Assembly (NCBI RefSeq): GCF_000406145.1
Contig: NZ_CM001976.1
Coordinates: forward strand, 3,191,721-3,203,105
Length of the DNA: 11,385 nucleotides
Direction: 5' to 3'
From: Dickeya dadantii NCPPB 898
GTDB taxonomy: Bacteria > Pseudomonadota > Gammaproteobacteria > Enterobacterales > Enterobacteriaceae
Shown: positions 1 to 6,926 of the stretch, piece by piece
Position numbering within the stretch: the stretch's first letter is position 1
Layout: each line of letters opens with the position of its first letter
Translations under genes and position numbers: made by a program
Notes under the pieces: generated by a model
The model's input: only the letters and a program-made list of their open reading frames with translations
Database searches by the model: none
What the model was told of the DNA's origin: nothing

Positions 1-106
1 GTTGCAAAGTAATCACTAACGTTATCAAGCACGAAACCTCCCACTGTTCTGACAGAGATTTGCCAGCAACAAACAATAGTGCTGTTTGTCAACTGCACCT
101 CGTAAC

Positions 107-742
107 TCAGTGTTGATTATCCTGCCCTTTGGATTGCAGCTCACGATACCAGCGCGGGTGGTGTTTCTTCGCCCACTCGCTGGACACCCAGCCTTCCACC
201 ATCGCGGTGATGGTGCCTTTTACCCACAGGGCGGCGTACACGTGCACCATGATGGTCAGGATCAAACCGACCGCGGACACTGAATGCACCACCAACGCCG
301 CGCGGATCACCGGGATGGAGAACGACGGCGCGAAGTACGGCCGCCAAATCACGATCCCGCTCGCCAGCAGCAGCAGCAGGCAGGTAATCGCCAGCCAGAA
401 CACGCATTTTTGGCCGAAGTTATAGCGACCGGTGTCGCCGACCTCTTCGTTACGGGCGATCTTGTGAATGTTTTTCGCCCATTCCAGGTCGCTGCGTTCA
501 ATCAGGTTGTGCTTCCAGTAACGTAAAAACATCAGCAAAAAAGCGACAAACATCACCACCCCGACAAACGGGTGCAGGATGCGCGCCAACTGCGGCGTGC
601 CCAGCACATTCATCAGCCAGTTGAGCGACGGGAAGAAAAATCCCAGCCCACTCAGCGCGGCGAACACAAAACAGAACGCCACAATCCAGTGATTAATGCG
701 CTCAGGTGCGCTGTACCGCTGAATCCGATTACTCTTTTTCAT
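107..742 (-). CDS. fdoI: Formate dehydrogenase-O gamma subunit (cytochrome b556)
   Basis: This is minus ORF 107..772. From its 11th residue ([25 protein letters not shown]...[18 protein letters not shown]...[10 protein letters not shown]) it matches my recollection of E. coli FdoI ([25 protein letters not shown]...) along its whole length, and it is closer to FdoI than to FdnI. A start at 742 gives 211 aa, the E. coli FdoI length. GAGGG lies 8 nt upstream. This ATG sits 14 nt inside the 3' end of fdoH (ATGAAAAAGAGTAA). The upstream in-frame ATG at 772 cannot be strictly excluded. Confidence 0.9.
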   Translation of the reverse strand: MKKSNRIQRYSAPERINHWIVAFCFVFAALSGLGFFFPSLNWLMNVLGTPQLARILHPFVGVVMFVAFLLMFLRYWKHNLIERSDLEWAKNIHKIARNEEVGDTGRYNFGQKCVFWLAITCLLLLLASGIVIWRPYFAPSFSIPVIRAALVVHSVSAVGLILTIMVHVYAALWVKGTITAMVEGWVSSEWAKKHHPRWYRELQSKGQDNQH

Positions 743-1631
743 GCTGCTTGCCCTCGTGGTGCGCGTCGTCATCGTCTTCTACCCGGTTCGGGCCGATCCC
801 CACGTAGTGGAATACGCTGGCGGCGAAGGTGGCGGCAAAACCGATAGCGGCCAGCGGTTTCCAGATACCTTTCCAGAAGGTCACCGCCGGGCTAATGCTC
901 GGGTCGGCCGGCAGGCCGTTGTACAGCTGCGGCCGGTCGGCGTGATGCAGCACATACATTACGTGGGTGCCGCCGACGCCGGCCGGGTCGTACAGACCGG
1001 CATGTTGGTAGCCGCGGCTGTTCAGGTCTTTCACCCGCTCGGCCGCCAGCACTTTCATCTCGTCCTTGGTGCCGAAATGAATCGCCCCGGTTGGGCAGGT
1101 CTTCACGCAGGACGGCTCCTGCCCGACTTCCACGCGGTCGACGCACAGGGTGCACTTGTACACCTTGTTGTCGTCCTTGTTCATGCGCGGCACGTCGAAC
1201 GGACAACCGGCGATGCAGTAGCCGCAACCGATACAGTGCTCGGACTGGAAATCGACGATACCGTTGGCGTACTGGATGATCGCCCCTTCCGACGGGCACG
1301 CCTTGAGGCAGCCCGGATCGGCGCAGTGCATACAGCCGTCCTTGCGGATCAGCCACTCCAGTTTGCCGTTCTCCTCGAATTCGGTGAAACGCATCACCGT
1401 CCAGGATTTGGCGCTGAGATCGGTAGGGTTGTCGTAGACACCGACGTTATGCCCCACGTCATCGCGGATGTCGTTCCACTCGGAACAGGCCACCTGACAG
1501 GCTTTGCAGCCGATACAGGTGGTCACGTCGATCAGTTTAGCGACCTGTTCTTTGTGGTTACGGGCCTGCGGCGGCGGCGTCAGTGAATTGGTCGCGGAGC
1601 GACGGATGATATCTTGTGATTGCATTGCCAT
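729..1631 (-). CDS. fdoH: Formate dehydrogenase-O beta (iron-sulfur) subunit
   Basis: This is minus ORF 729..1646. From [15 protein letters not shown] it is near-identical in pattern to E. coli FdoH ([19 protein letters not shown]...). Four ferredoxin-type Cys clusters are visible ([42 protein letters not shown]...CVKTC), followed by a C-terminal hydrophobic anchor. A start at 1631 gives 300 aa, as in E. coli, with GGAG 7 nt upstream. The fdoG stop codon (TAG, 1647..1649) lies just upstream. Confidence 0.93.
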   Translation of the reverse strand: MAMQSQDIIRRSATNSLTPPPQARNHKEQVAKLIDVTTCIGCKACQVACSEWNDIRDDVGHNVGVYDNPTDLSAKSWTVMRFTEFEENGKLEWLIRKDGCMHCADPGCLKACPSEGAIIQYANGIVDFQSEHCIGCGYCIAGCPFDVPRMNKDDNKVYKCTLCVDRVEVGQEPSCVKTCPTGAIHFGTKDEMKVLAAERVKDLNSRGYQHAGLYDPAGVGGTHVMYVLHHADRPQLYNGLPADPSISPAVTFWKGIWKPLAAIGFAATFAASVFHYVGIGPNRVEDDDDAHHEGKQHEKE

Positions 1632-1646
1632 AGTGTTTCTCCGCAA

Positions 1647-4600
1647 CTACGCCTTTTCCACATTGACCAGAAACGCCTTGTATTCCGGCGTCTGACTGTT
1701 GGCATCGCCGACATGCGGCGTCAGGATATTCGCCATAAAGCCTTTCTGGGTGGTGCCTTCAAAGCCCCAGTGACAAGGCACGCCGATGGTTTCCACCGGT
1801 TTGCCCTGGATAGTCAGGGTACGGATACGCTTGGTGACGACCGCTTTCGCCTTGATATATCCCCGCTTGCTGCTGACTTTCACCACATCGCCGGCCTGAA
1901 TGCCCTTCTGCTTCGCCAGCCCTTCGCCGATTTCGACAAACTGCTCCGGTTGCACGATGGCGTTGAGGCGCGCGTGCTTGGTCCAGTGGCGGAACAACTC
2001 GGTGATGGAATACGTCGTGGCGACGAACGGGAACTCGTCTACCGTCCCCATGTACGGGCGGTCGGCAGGCAGAATACGGGCTGCCGGGTTAACCTGAGCT
2101 TTGCTGTAAACCGGGTTGTTTTTCAGCGGTGATTCCAGCGGCTCATAGTGCGCAGGGAAAGGACCTTCAGCCATCTTGTCGATAGCGAACAGGCGGCCCA
2201 ACCCGTCGGCGTTCATGATGAACGGGCCGGCGGCACTGCCCGGCGGCACAGTAACGGCGAAGTCCGGTACGTCGATCCCCGTCCACTTCTGGCCGTTCCA
2301 GCGAATCAGCTCTCGTTTGGCATCCCACGGTTTACCCTGCGGGTCTGCCGAGGCGCGGTTGTAAAGAATGCGGCGGTTCTGCGGCCAGCACCAGGCCCAG
2401 CCCGGCGTGCAACCAAGACCCGACGGATCGGCGTTGTCGCGACGCGCCATCTGGTTGCCCGCCTCCGTCCACGAACCGGCGTAAATCCAGCAGAAACTGG
2501 CGGTGGTGCCATCATCACGTAACAGAGAGAAATCCGGCAGTAACTGACCTTTTTTCAGCAACAGGTTGCCTTTATCGTCGAACAGATCCGCCAGTGCACG
2601 GCCGTTGGCTTCTTTGGTGATCTCCTCGGCGGACGGATCTTCCGGCTCCAGATAACTCCAGCTCATGTTCAACACAGGCTCAGGATTAGCGCCGCCTTCT
2701 TTGGCATAGAGTTCACGCAGGCGCAGGAACAGCCCGGCCAGAATTACCCCATCGTGGCGTGCTTCACCCGGTGGCTCGGCGCCTTGATAATGCCATTGCA
2801 GCCAGCGGCCGGAGTTGACGATGGAGCCGTTCTCCTCGGCAAAGCAGCTGGACGGCAGGCGGAATACTTCGGTCTGAATCTGGCTCGAATCCACATCATT
2901 GAGCTCGCCGTGGTTCTGCCAAAAGTTGGAGGTTTCCGTCGCCAGCGGATCGATAATCACCAGGTATTTCAGTTTTTTCAGTGCATCACGAGCCCGGTTG
3001 GAATCGGCAAACGCGGCTATCGGGTTGAATCCCTGCACGATATAACCGTTGACCTTGCCCTCCAGCATCATGCGGGAGTAGGCCAGCGCATCGTAGCTCT
3101 TGTCCCATTTCGGCAGCCAGTCGTAGCCCCAGTCGTTCTCTTTCTGCGCCTTATCGCCCCAGAAGCTTTTCATCATGCTGATAAAAAATTTGGGCGTGTT
3201 CTTCCAGTAATTGACCTGATCCGCCAGCAGCGCTTTCGGCGTGATCTGATCCAGATACATCGTCAGCGAGGTCTGTTTTTCCGACGGCAGCGGCATATAG
3301 CCCGGCAGGTTCAGCGACAGCAATCCCAAATCGGTATAACCCTGAATGTTGGAGTGACCGCGCAGCGCATTCACGCCGCCGCCCGCCATGCCGACGTTGC
3401 CCAGCAACAGCTGGATCATCGCCGCGGTGCGGATCATCTGGGCGCCGGAGGTGTGCTGCGTCCAGCCTAGCGCGTACATAATGGTGGCGGTGCGATCCGG
3501 CACGCTGGTGGAGGCCAGCAGATCGCAAATAGTGAGAAAATCCGACTTTGGCGTACCGCAGACGTTGGTCACCAGATCCGGCGTGTAACGGCTGACGTGC
3601 TCTTTCAACAAGTTCCAGACGCAGCGCGGATGTCTCAGGGTGTCGTCGCGTTTGGCAAAGCCGTTTTCATCCAGTTCGTACTGCCAACTGGTGCGGTCAT
3701 ACTTGCGCTCTTTTTCGTCGTAGCCGCTGAAAATGCCTTCATCAAAGTGGTAATCGTCACGCACGATCAGGCTGGCGTTGGTATATGCCTTCACATACGG
3801 CATCTGCACCTTGTCGTGGCTCAACAAATAATTCACCACGCCAAGCAGGAAGGTGATGTCAGAACCGGCGCGAATCGGCGAGTACATGTCGGCCACGGCG
3901 GCCGAACGATTGAAACGTGGGTCGACCACGATCAGCTTGGCGCCGTTTTTCACCTTGGCTTCCACCGCCCATTTAAAGCCGACCGGGTGGGCTTCCGCCG
4001 GGTTACCGCCCATCACCAGAATCACATTGGCGTTTTTGATGTCCACCCAGTTGTTGGTCATGGCACCGCGGCCAAAGGTCGGCGCCAGCGCCGAAACGGT
4101 AGGGCCATGGCACAGACGCGCCTGGGTATCGATACCGATCATCCCCAGTGCGCGGACAAATTTTTGATCCAGTATCCCAGTTTCATTACTGGCGGCGGAG
4201 GAACACAGCATCCCGGTGGTCAACCAGCGGTTGACGGTCACCCCGGCGGCATTCTTCTCAACGAAATTGGCGTCGCGGTCTTTTTTCATCAGGCGAGCGA
4301 TGCGATCAAACGCCTCTTCCCAGCTGATGCGATGCCACTTGTCGGAACCCGGCGCGCGGTATTCCGGGTATTTCAGGCGCTGGTCGCTATGGATGAAATC
4401 CACCAGTCCGGCGCCTTTCGGGCACAATGAACCGCGGCTGACTGGATGATCCGGATCCCCTTCGATGTGGTAAATGGACGCGGTGGCGTTTTTGGCGCCG
4501 TCGCCGAGACTGTACATCAGAATGCCGCACCCGACTGAACAGTAGGTGCAATTGTTCCGGGTTTCTCTGGCGCGCAATAATTTATATTGCCGCGTTTCGG

Positions 4601-4697
4601 CTAATGCCGCGCTGGGAGAAAAACCCAGCGCCGTGACCGTGGTTCCGGCCATACCGCCTGCGCATATTTTAAAGAACTGTCTTCTGCTGACCTGCAT
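1647..4697 (-). CDS. fdoG: Formate dehydrogenase-O alpha (catalytic molybdopterin) subunit, Cys-type (no in-frame UGA)
   Basis: This is minus ORF 1647..4721. From MQVSRRQFFKICAGGMAGTT it is collinear with my recollection of E. coli FdoG through to the C-terminal FLVNVEKA. It has a twin-arginine signal and the N-terminal 4Fe-4S motif CTYCSVGCG. A start at 4697 gives 1016 aa, the E. coli length, with GAGGAA (4704..4709) 6 nt upstream. The 8-codon upstream extension (MMSCEESP) precedes the Tat motif and covers the ribosome-binding site, so I rejected it. Confidence 0.95.
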   Translation of the reverse strand: MQVSRRQFFKICAGGMAGTTVTALGFSPSAALAETRQYKLLRARETRNNCTYCSVGCGILMYSLGDGAKNATASIYHIEGDPDHPVSRGSLCPKGAGLVDFIHSDQRLKYPEYRAPGSDKWHRISWEEAFDRIARLMKKDRDANFVEKNAAGVTVNRWLTTGMLCSSAASNETGILDQKFVRALGMIGIDTQARLCHGPTVSALAPTFGRGAMTNNWVDIKNANVILVMGGNPAEAHPVGFKWAVEAKVKNGAKLIVVDPRFNRSAAVADMYSPIRAGSDITFLLGVVNYLLSHDKVQMPYVKAYTNASLIVRDDYHFDEGIFSGYDEKERKYDRTSWQYELDENGFAKRDDTLRHPRCVWNLLKEHVSRYTPDLVTNVCGTPKSDFLTICDLLASTSVPDRTATIMYALGWTQHTSGAQMIRTAAMIQLLLGNVGMAGGGVNALRGHSNIQGYTDLGLLSLNLPGYMPLPSEKQTSLTMYLDQITPKALLADQVNYWKNTPKFFISMMKSFWGDKAQKENDWGYDWLPKWDKSYDALAYSRMMLEGKVNGYIVQGFNPIAAFADSNRARDALKKLKYLVIIDPLATETSNFWQNHGELNDVDSSQIQTEVFRLPSSCFAEENGSIVNSGRWLQWHYQGAEPPGEARHDGVILAGLFLRLRELYAKEGGANPEPVLNMSWSYLEPEDPSAEEITKEANGRALADLFDDKGNLLLKKGQLLPDFSLLRDDGTTASFCWIYAGSWTEAGNQMARRDNADPSGLGCTPGWAWCWPQNRRILYNRASADPQGKPWDAKRELIRWNGQKWTGIDVPDFAVTVPPGSAAGPFIMNADGLGRLFAIDKMAEGPFPAHYEPLESPLKNNPVYSKAQVNPAARILPADRPYMGTVDEFPFVATTYSITELFRHWTKHARLNAIVQPEQFVEIGEGLAKQKGIQAGDVVKVSSKRGYIKAKAVVTKRIRTLTIQGKPVETIGVPCHWGFEGTTQKGFMANILTPHVGDANSQTPEYKAFLVNVEKA
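4599..4697 (-). other. Twin-arginine (Tat) signal peptide of FdoG
   Basis: The first 33 residues are MQVSRRQFFKICAGGMAGTTVTALGFSPSAALA followed by ETRQ. They show the S-R-R-x-F-F-K Tat consensus, a hydrophobic core and an A-L-A cleavage motif, as in periplasm-facing FDH-N and FDH-O. Confidence 0.8.
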
Positions 4698-4703
4698 GGG
4701 AGA

Positions 4704-4709
4704 TTCCTC
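4704..4709 (-). promoter_or_regulatory. Shine-Dalgarno of fdoG (GAGGAA)
   Basis: The minus strand reads GAGGAA-TCTCCC-ATG, with a 6 nt spacer to the homology-supported start at 4697. Confidence 0.6.
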
Positions 4710-4730
4710 GCACGACATCACTCAAAGCTA

Positions 4731-4794
4731 TATCCGTCATACTTCACGTTGCAGGTGCGTTGGCTACCCGCAACTCGAATTATTTAGGGTATAC
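4731..4794 (-). repeat. Short (internally deleted) ERIC/IRU element in the fdoG leader region
   Basis: TATCCGTCATACTTCACGTTGCAGGTGCGTTGGCT (4731..4765) matches the reverse complement of the right arm of the full ERIC copy at 5401..5437. ACCCGCAACTCGAATTATTTAGGGTATAC (4766..4794) matches the reverse complement of that copy's left arm (5306..5337). The central core is absent. The element lies 34 to 97 nt upstream of the fdoG ATG. Confidence 0.75.
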
Positions 4795-5305
4795 ATCGTA
4801 TTTATGCAGTAATGCTTTATTGATATGAATGGATACTGGCGGGACAACGTCTAAACCCCCACCAAACATATGTATTATGACCCGGCGAATAAAAAGCGCC
4901 AATTAATTATCTCAACAACAACAAATCCATCACAATTCACTATAGGCAGATCGTTTTTTAACGTTATCACCGGCTTAAATGGAATAATTCTCATTACCAA
5001 ATAGCACTAACACGCTGTATCGCTGTATATTTTTTTACATAACGATCACAAGCCAGCGCCCCACAGGTTGTTATTTCCACAAGAAATAATTAAGATTTTC
5101 TTTATAAAAAACACGCAACTCCTACTTCACATTGACGCTGGCGTTAATAGAAAGAAGTCTGGCGACAATAACCTCCCGATTAAAAAACAAATAACTCGGT
5201 CAGGTTAAAAATAAATAAAACAGAAAATTAAATGGCAATGAATCGGTTATTTTTGATGAAAAAAATAAACCTAAGCCAATGACTAAAAATAGAAATGAGA
5301 TTACC

Positions 5306-5442
5306 GGGTTTATACCCAAAATAATTCGAGTTGTAGGAAGGCGGCAAGAGAGTGAGTCCCGATGAGCTTACTCAGGTAAGTGATTCGGGTGAACGAGCGC
5401 AGCCAACACACCTGCAACTTGAAGTATGAAGGGTATATACCC
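5306..5442 (+). repeat. Full-length ERIC/IRU (enterobacterial repetitive intergenic consensus) element
   Basis: The core GTGAGTCCCGATGAGCTTACTCAGGTAAGTGATTCGGGTGAACGAGCG (5352..5399) matches the ERIC core I recall from the ERIC1R/ERIC2 primer region (GTGAATCCCCAGGAGCTTACATAAGTAAGTGACTGGGGTGAGCG). Its changes preserve the stem (CCCGA pairs with TCGGG). The arms are typical (AATTCGAGTTGTAGGAAGGCGGCAAG ... CCTGCAACTTGAAGTATGAAGGGTATA). GGGTTTATACCC and GGGTATATACCC bound the element. Confidence 0.85.
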
Positions 5443-5462
5443 TAAATAATTCGAGTTGCAGG
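5443..5462 (+). repeat. Truncated second ERIC left arm abutting the full copy
   Basis: 5431..5462 (GGGTATATACCCTAAATAATTCGAGTTGCAGG) repeats 5306..5337 (GGGTTTATACCCAAAATAATTCGAGTTGTAGG) at 29 of 32 positions. After GCAGG the sequence diverges from ERIC (ATAAGCCGCGAACG...). Confidence 0.6.
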
Positions 5463-5491
5463 ATAAGCCGCGAACGTTGCCGGACACGGCG

Positions 5492-6913
5492 TCAGGAACA
5501 GGACAGTCTTTTTTTCAGCAATGCGGCCAGCGCGATGATGGCGTTTTCCGTTTTTTCCTGCCATTCGAACGAGGTGTTGATGCGAAAATAGCGGTCGAAT
5601 TTATCGCCGGTGGTGAACATTCTGCCCGGCGCAATGCTGATGCCCTGCGCCAGCGCCTGCTGATAGAGTTCAATGCTATTAACCCCTTCCGGCAGACCCA
5701 GCCACAGAAAATAGCCGCCTTCGGCGTAATAAATATCCACTCCGGCGGGAAAATGCGCCTTCATCGCCTGATACAACCGGTGTTTGCGTTGCTCCAGCGT
5801 TCGCCGCAAACGCCGCAAATGGCTATCGTAACTGCTGGTGGCCAGATAATCCGCCACCGCCAGTTGCATCGGTGCGCTGGCAGAAAGCGTACTCATTAAT
5901 TGCAGGCGCTGAATACCTTGCGCCCAGCGCCCTGCCGCGACCCAGCCGACCCGAAATCCGGCGACCAGATTCTTCGAGAACGACGAACAGTGCAGTACCT
6001 GTCCGTCCTTATCCAGCGCCTTGACCGGCAGCGGGCGATGGGTGCCGGCGTACAGTTCGCTGTAGACATCATCTTCAATCAGCGGCACCTGATATTCGTG
6101 CAACAACGCGGCCAGCTGCTGCTTTTTCTCCCATGCCAGCGTGCAGCCGAGCGGATTGTGAAAGTTGGTCATCAGCCAGCAGGCGCGAATCGGATAATCA
6201 CGCAGCGCCTGACGCAACGCCGCCAAATCAATACCAGTGTGCGGATGAGTGGCGATAGCGATGGCTTTCAGTTGCAAACGTTCGATCGCCTGCAACGCGC
6301 CGTAAAACGACGGCGATTCCACCACCACATAATCACCGGGCCGGGTCAGCATCTGCAGGCTCAGATTGAGCGACTCCATCGCGCCGCTGGTGATCACAAT
6401 CTCGTCCGGCGACACGGCGATGCCCTGCAGCGCATAGCGCTGGGCGATCTGCTTGCGTAGCCGCTCGTTGCCGGGCGGCAAGTTGTCCACTGCGTTTTCC
6501 GGCTGCATACGGCGCGCCACTGTTGCCAGCGAACGGGTCAGTTGGCGCTGGGGAAACAGGCGCGGATCGGGGAAGGCGGAACCAAACGGCACTACGCCGG
6601 GCGAGCGGCTGGCGCGCAGCACATCGAAGATAAACCGATTAACGTCAACGTTTTCCGTCAGGTGCACCGCCTCGCCGCTGGCCGGCGGCGCGATCGGCCG
6701 TTCGATGCGCGGCGCAGCGTAGTAGCCGGACTGCGGGCGCGAAATGATCCAGCCCTGACTTTCCAGCAACTGGTAGGCATGCAGCACCGTCATCAGGCTC
6801 AGGCCGGAATGCACCGCCTTTTCGCGCAGCGACGGTAATTTTTCTCCCGGTTGCCAGATGCCGGCCTGTAACTGCGCCTGCATCTGGTCGGCCAGTTGTT
6901 CGAATTTCGCCAG
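5492..6913 (-). CDS. ydcR: MocR/GntR-family transcriptional regulator with C-terminal PLP-dependent aminotransferase domain (YdcR-like)
   Basis: This is minus ORF 5492..7105. From LAKFEQLADQMQAQLQAGIWQPGEKLPSLREKAVHSGLSLMTVLHAYQLLESQGWIISRPQSGYYAAP it tracks my recollection of E. coli YdcR (MKKYQQLAEQLREQIASGIWQPGDRLPSLRDQ...YQLLESQGYIIARPQSGYYVAP), including FPDPRLFP, DDVYSELY, the PLP-lysine motif SSFSK and RRLRR. The gene call is firm but the start is uncertain. My best model is CTG at 6913, preceded by AAGGAG and a 7 nt spacer. The alternatives are GTG at 6976 or ATG at 6883. Confidence 0.88.
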   Translation of the reverse strand: MAKFEQLADQMQAQLQAGIWQPGEKLPSLREKAVHSGLSLMTVLHAYQLLESQGWIISRPQSGYYAAPRIERPIAPPASGEAVHLTENVDVNRFIFDVLRASRSPGVVPFGSAFPDPRLFPQRQLTRSLATVARRMQPENAVDNLPPGNERLRKQIAQRYALQGIAVSPDEIVITSGAMESLNLSLQMLTRPGDYVVVESPSFYGALQAIERLQLKAIAIATHPHTGIDLAALRQALRDYPIRACWLMTNFHNPLGCTLAWEKKQQLAALLHEYQVPLIEDDVYSELYAGTHRPLPVKALDKDGQVLHCSSFSKNLVAGFRVGWVAAGRWAQGIQRLQLMSTLSASAPMQLAVADYLATSSYDSHLRRLRRTLEQRKHRLYQAMKAHFPAGVDIYYAEGGYFLWLGLPEGVNSIELYQQALAQGISIAPGRMFTTGDKFDRYFRINTSFEWQEKTENAIIALAALLKKRLSCS

Positions 6914-6920
6914 CGGAAAA

Positions 6921-6926
6921 CTCCTT
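6921..6926 (-). promoter_or_regulatory. Shine-Dalgarno (AAGGAG) of the ydcR-like gene, overlapping the upstream stop codon
   Basis: The minus strand reads CGC-TAA-GGAGTTTTCCG-CTG. AAGGAG (6926..6921) shares two bases with the TAA stop of the amidotransferase (6925..6927) and lies 7 nt before the CTG at 6913. Confidence 0.55.

Noticed and set aside
69-89. The hairpin ACAAACA-ATAGTGC-TGTTTGT downstream of fdoI, considered as an operon terminator.
   Set aside because: It is a 7-bp AT-rich stem with a 7-nt loop and no following U-run on the minus strand.
741-1586. A 281 aa plus-strand ORF antisense to fdoH. Similar long antisense ORFs occur at 2754..3470, 3597..4430, 5900..6460, 9012..9860 and 9906..10640.
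   Set aside because: They lie wholly inside strongly homology-supported minus-strand genes. They have Arg/Ala/Gly/Pro-rich low-complexity translations typical of stop-poor antisense frames in GC-rich DNA, and they lack ribosome-binding sites.
3504-3511. Chi octamers: GCTGGTGG on the plus strand at 3504..3511 and 5834..5841, and its complement at 9054..9061.
   Set aside because: They are exact matches, but three in 11 kb is roughly the normal enterobacterial density, and all lie inside genes. This is not a notable signal.
4698-4721. The upstream ATG extension of fdoG (MMSCEESP). Similar extensions precede fdoH (1632..1646) and fdoI (743..772).
   Set aside because: The extensions precede the conserved N-termini. 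In fdoG the extension would cover the GAGGAA ribosome-binding site and displace the Tat motif. The shorter starts reproduce the E. coli protein lengths of 1016, 300 and 211 aa.
4870-5004. Small ORFs inside the AT-rich island: 44 aa on the plus strand (4870..5004, MYYDPANKKRQLII...) and 39 aa on the minus strand (4875..4994, MRIIPFKPVITLKN...).
   Set aside because: Neither has a ribosome-binding site and they overlap each other on opposite strands. Without conservation data they cannot be distinguished from chance ORFs.
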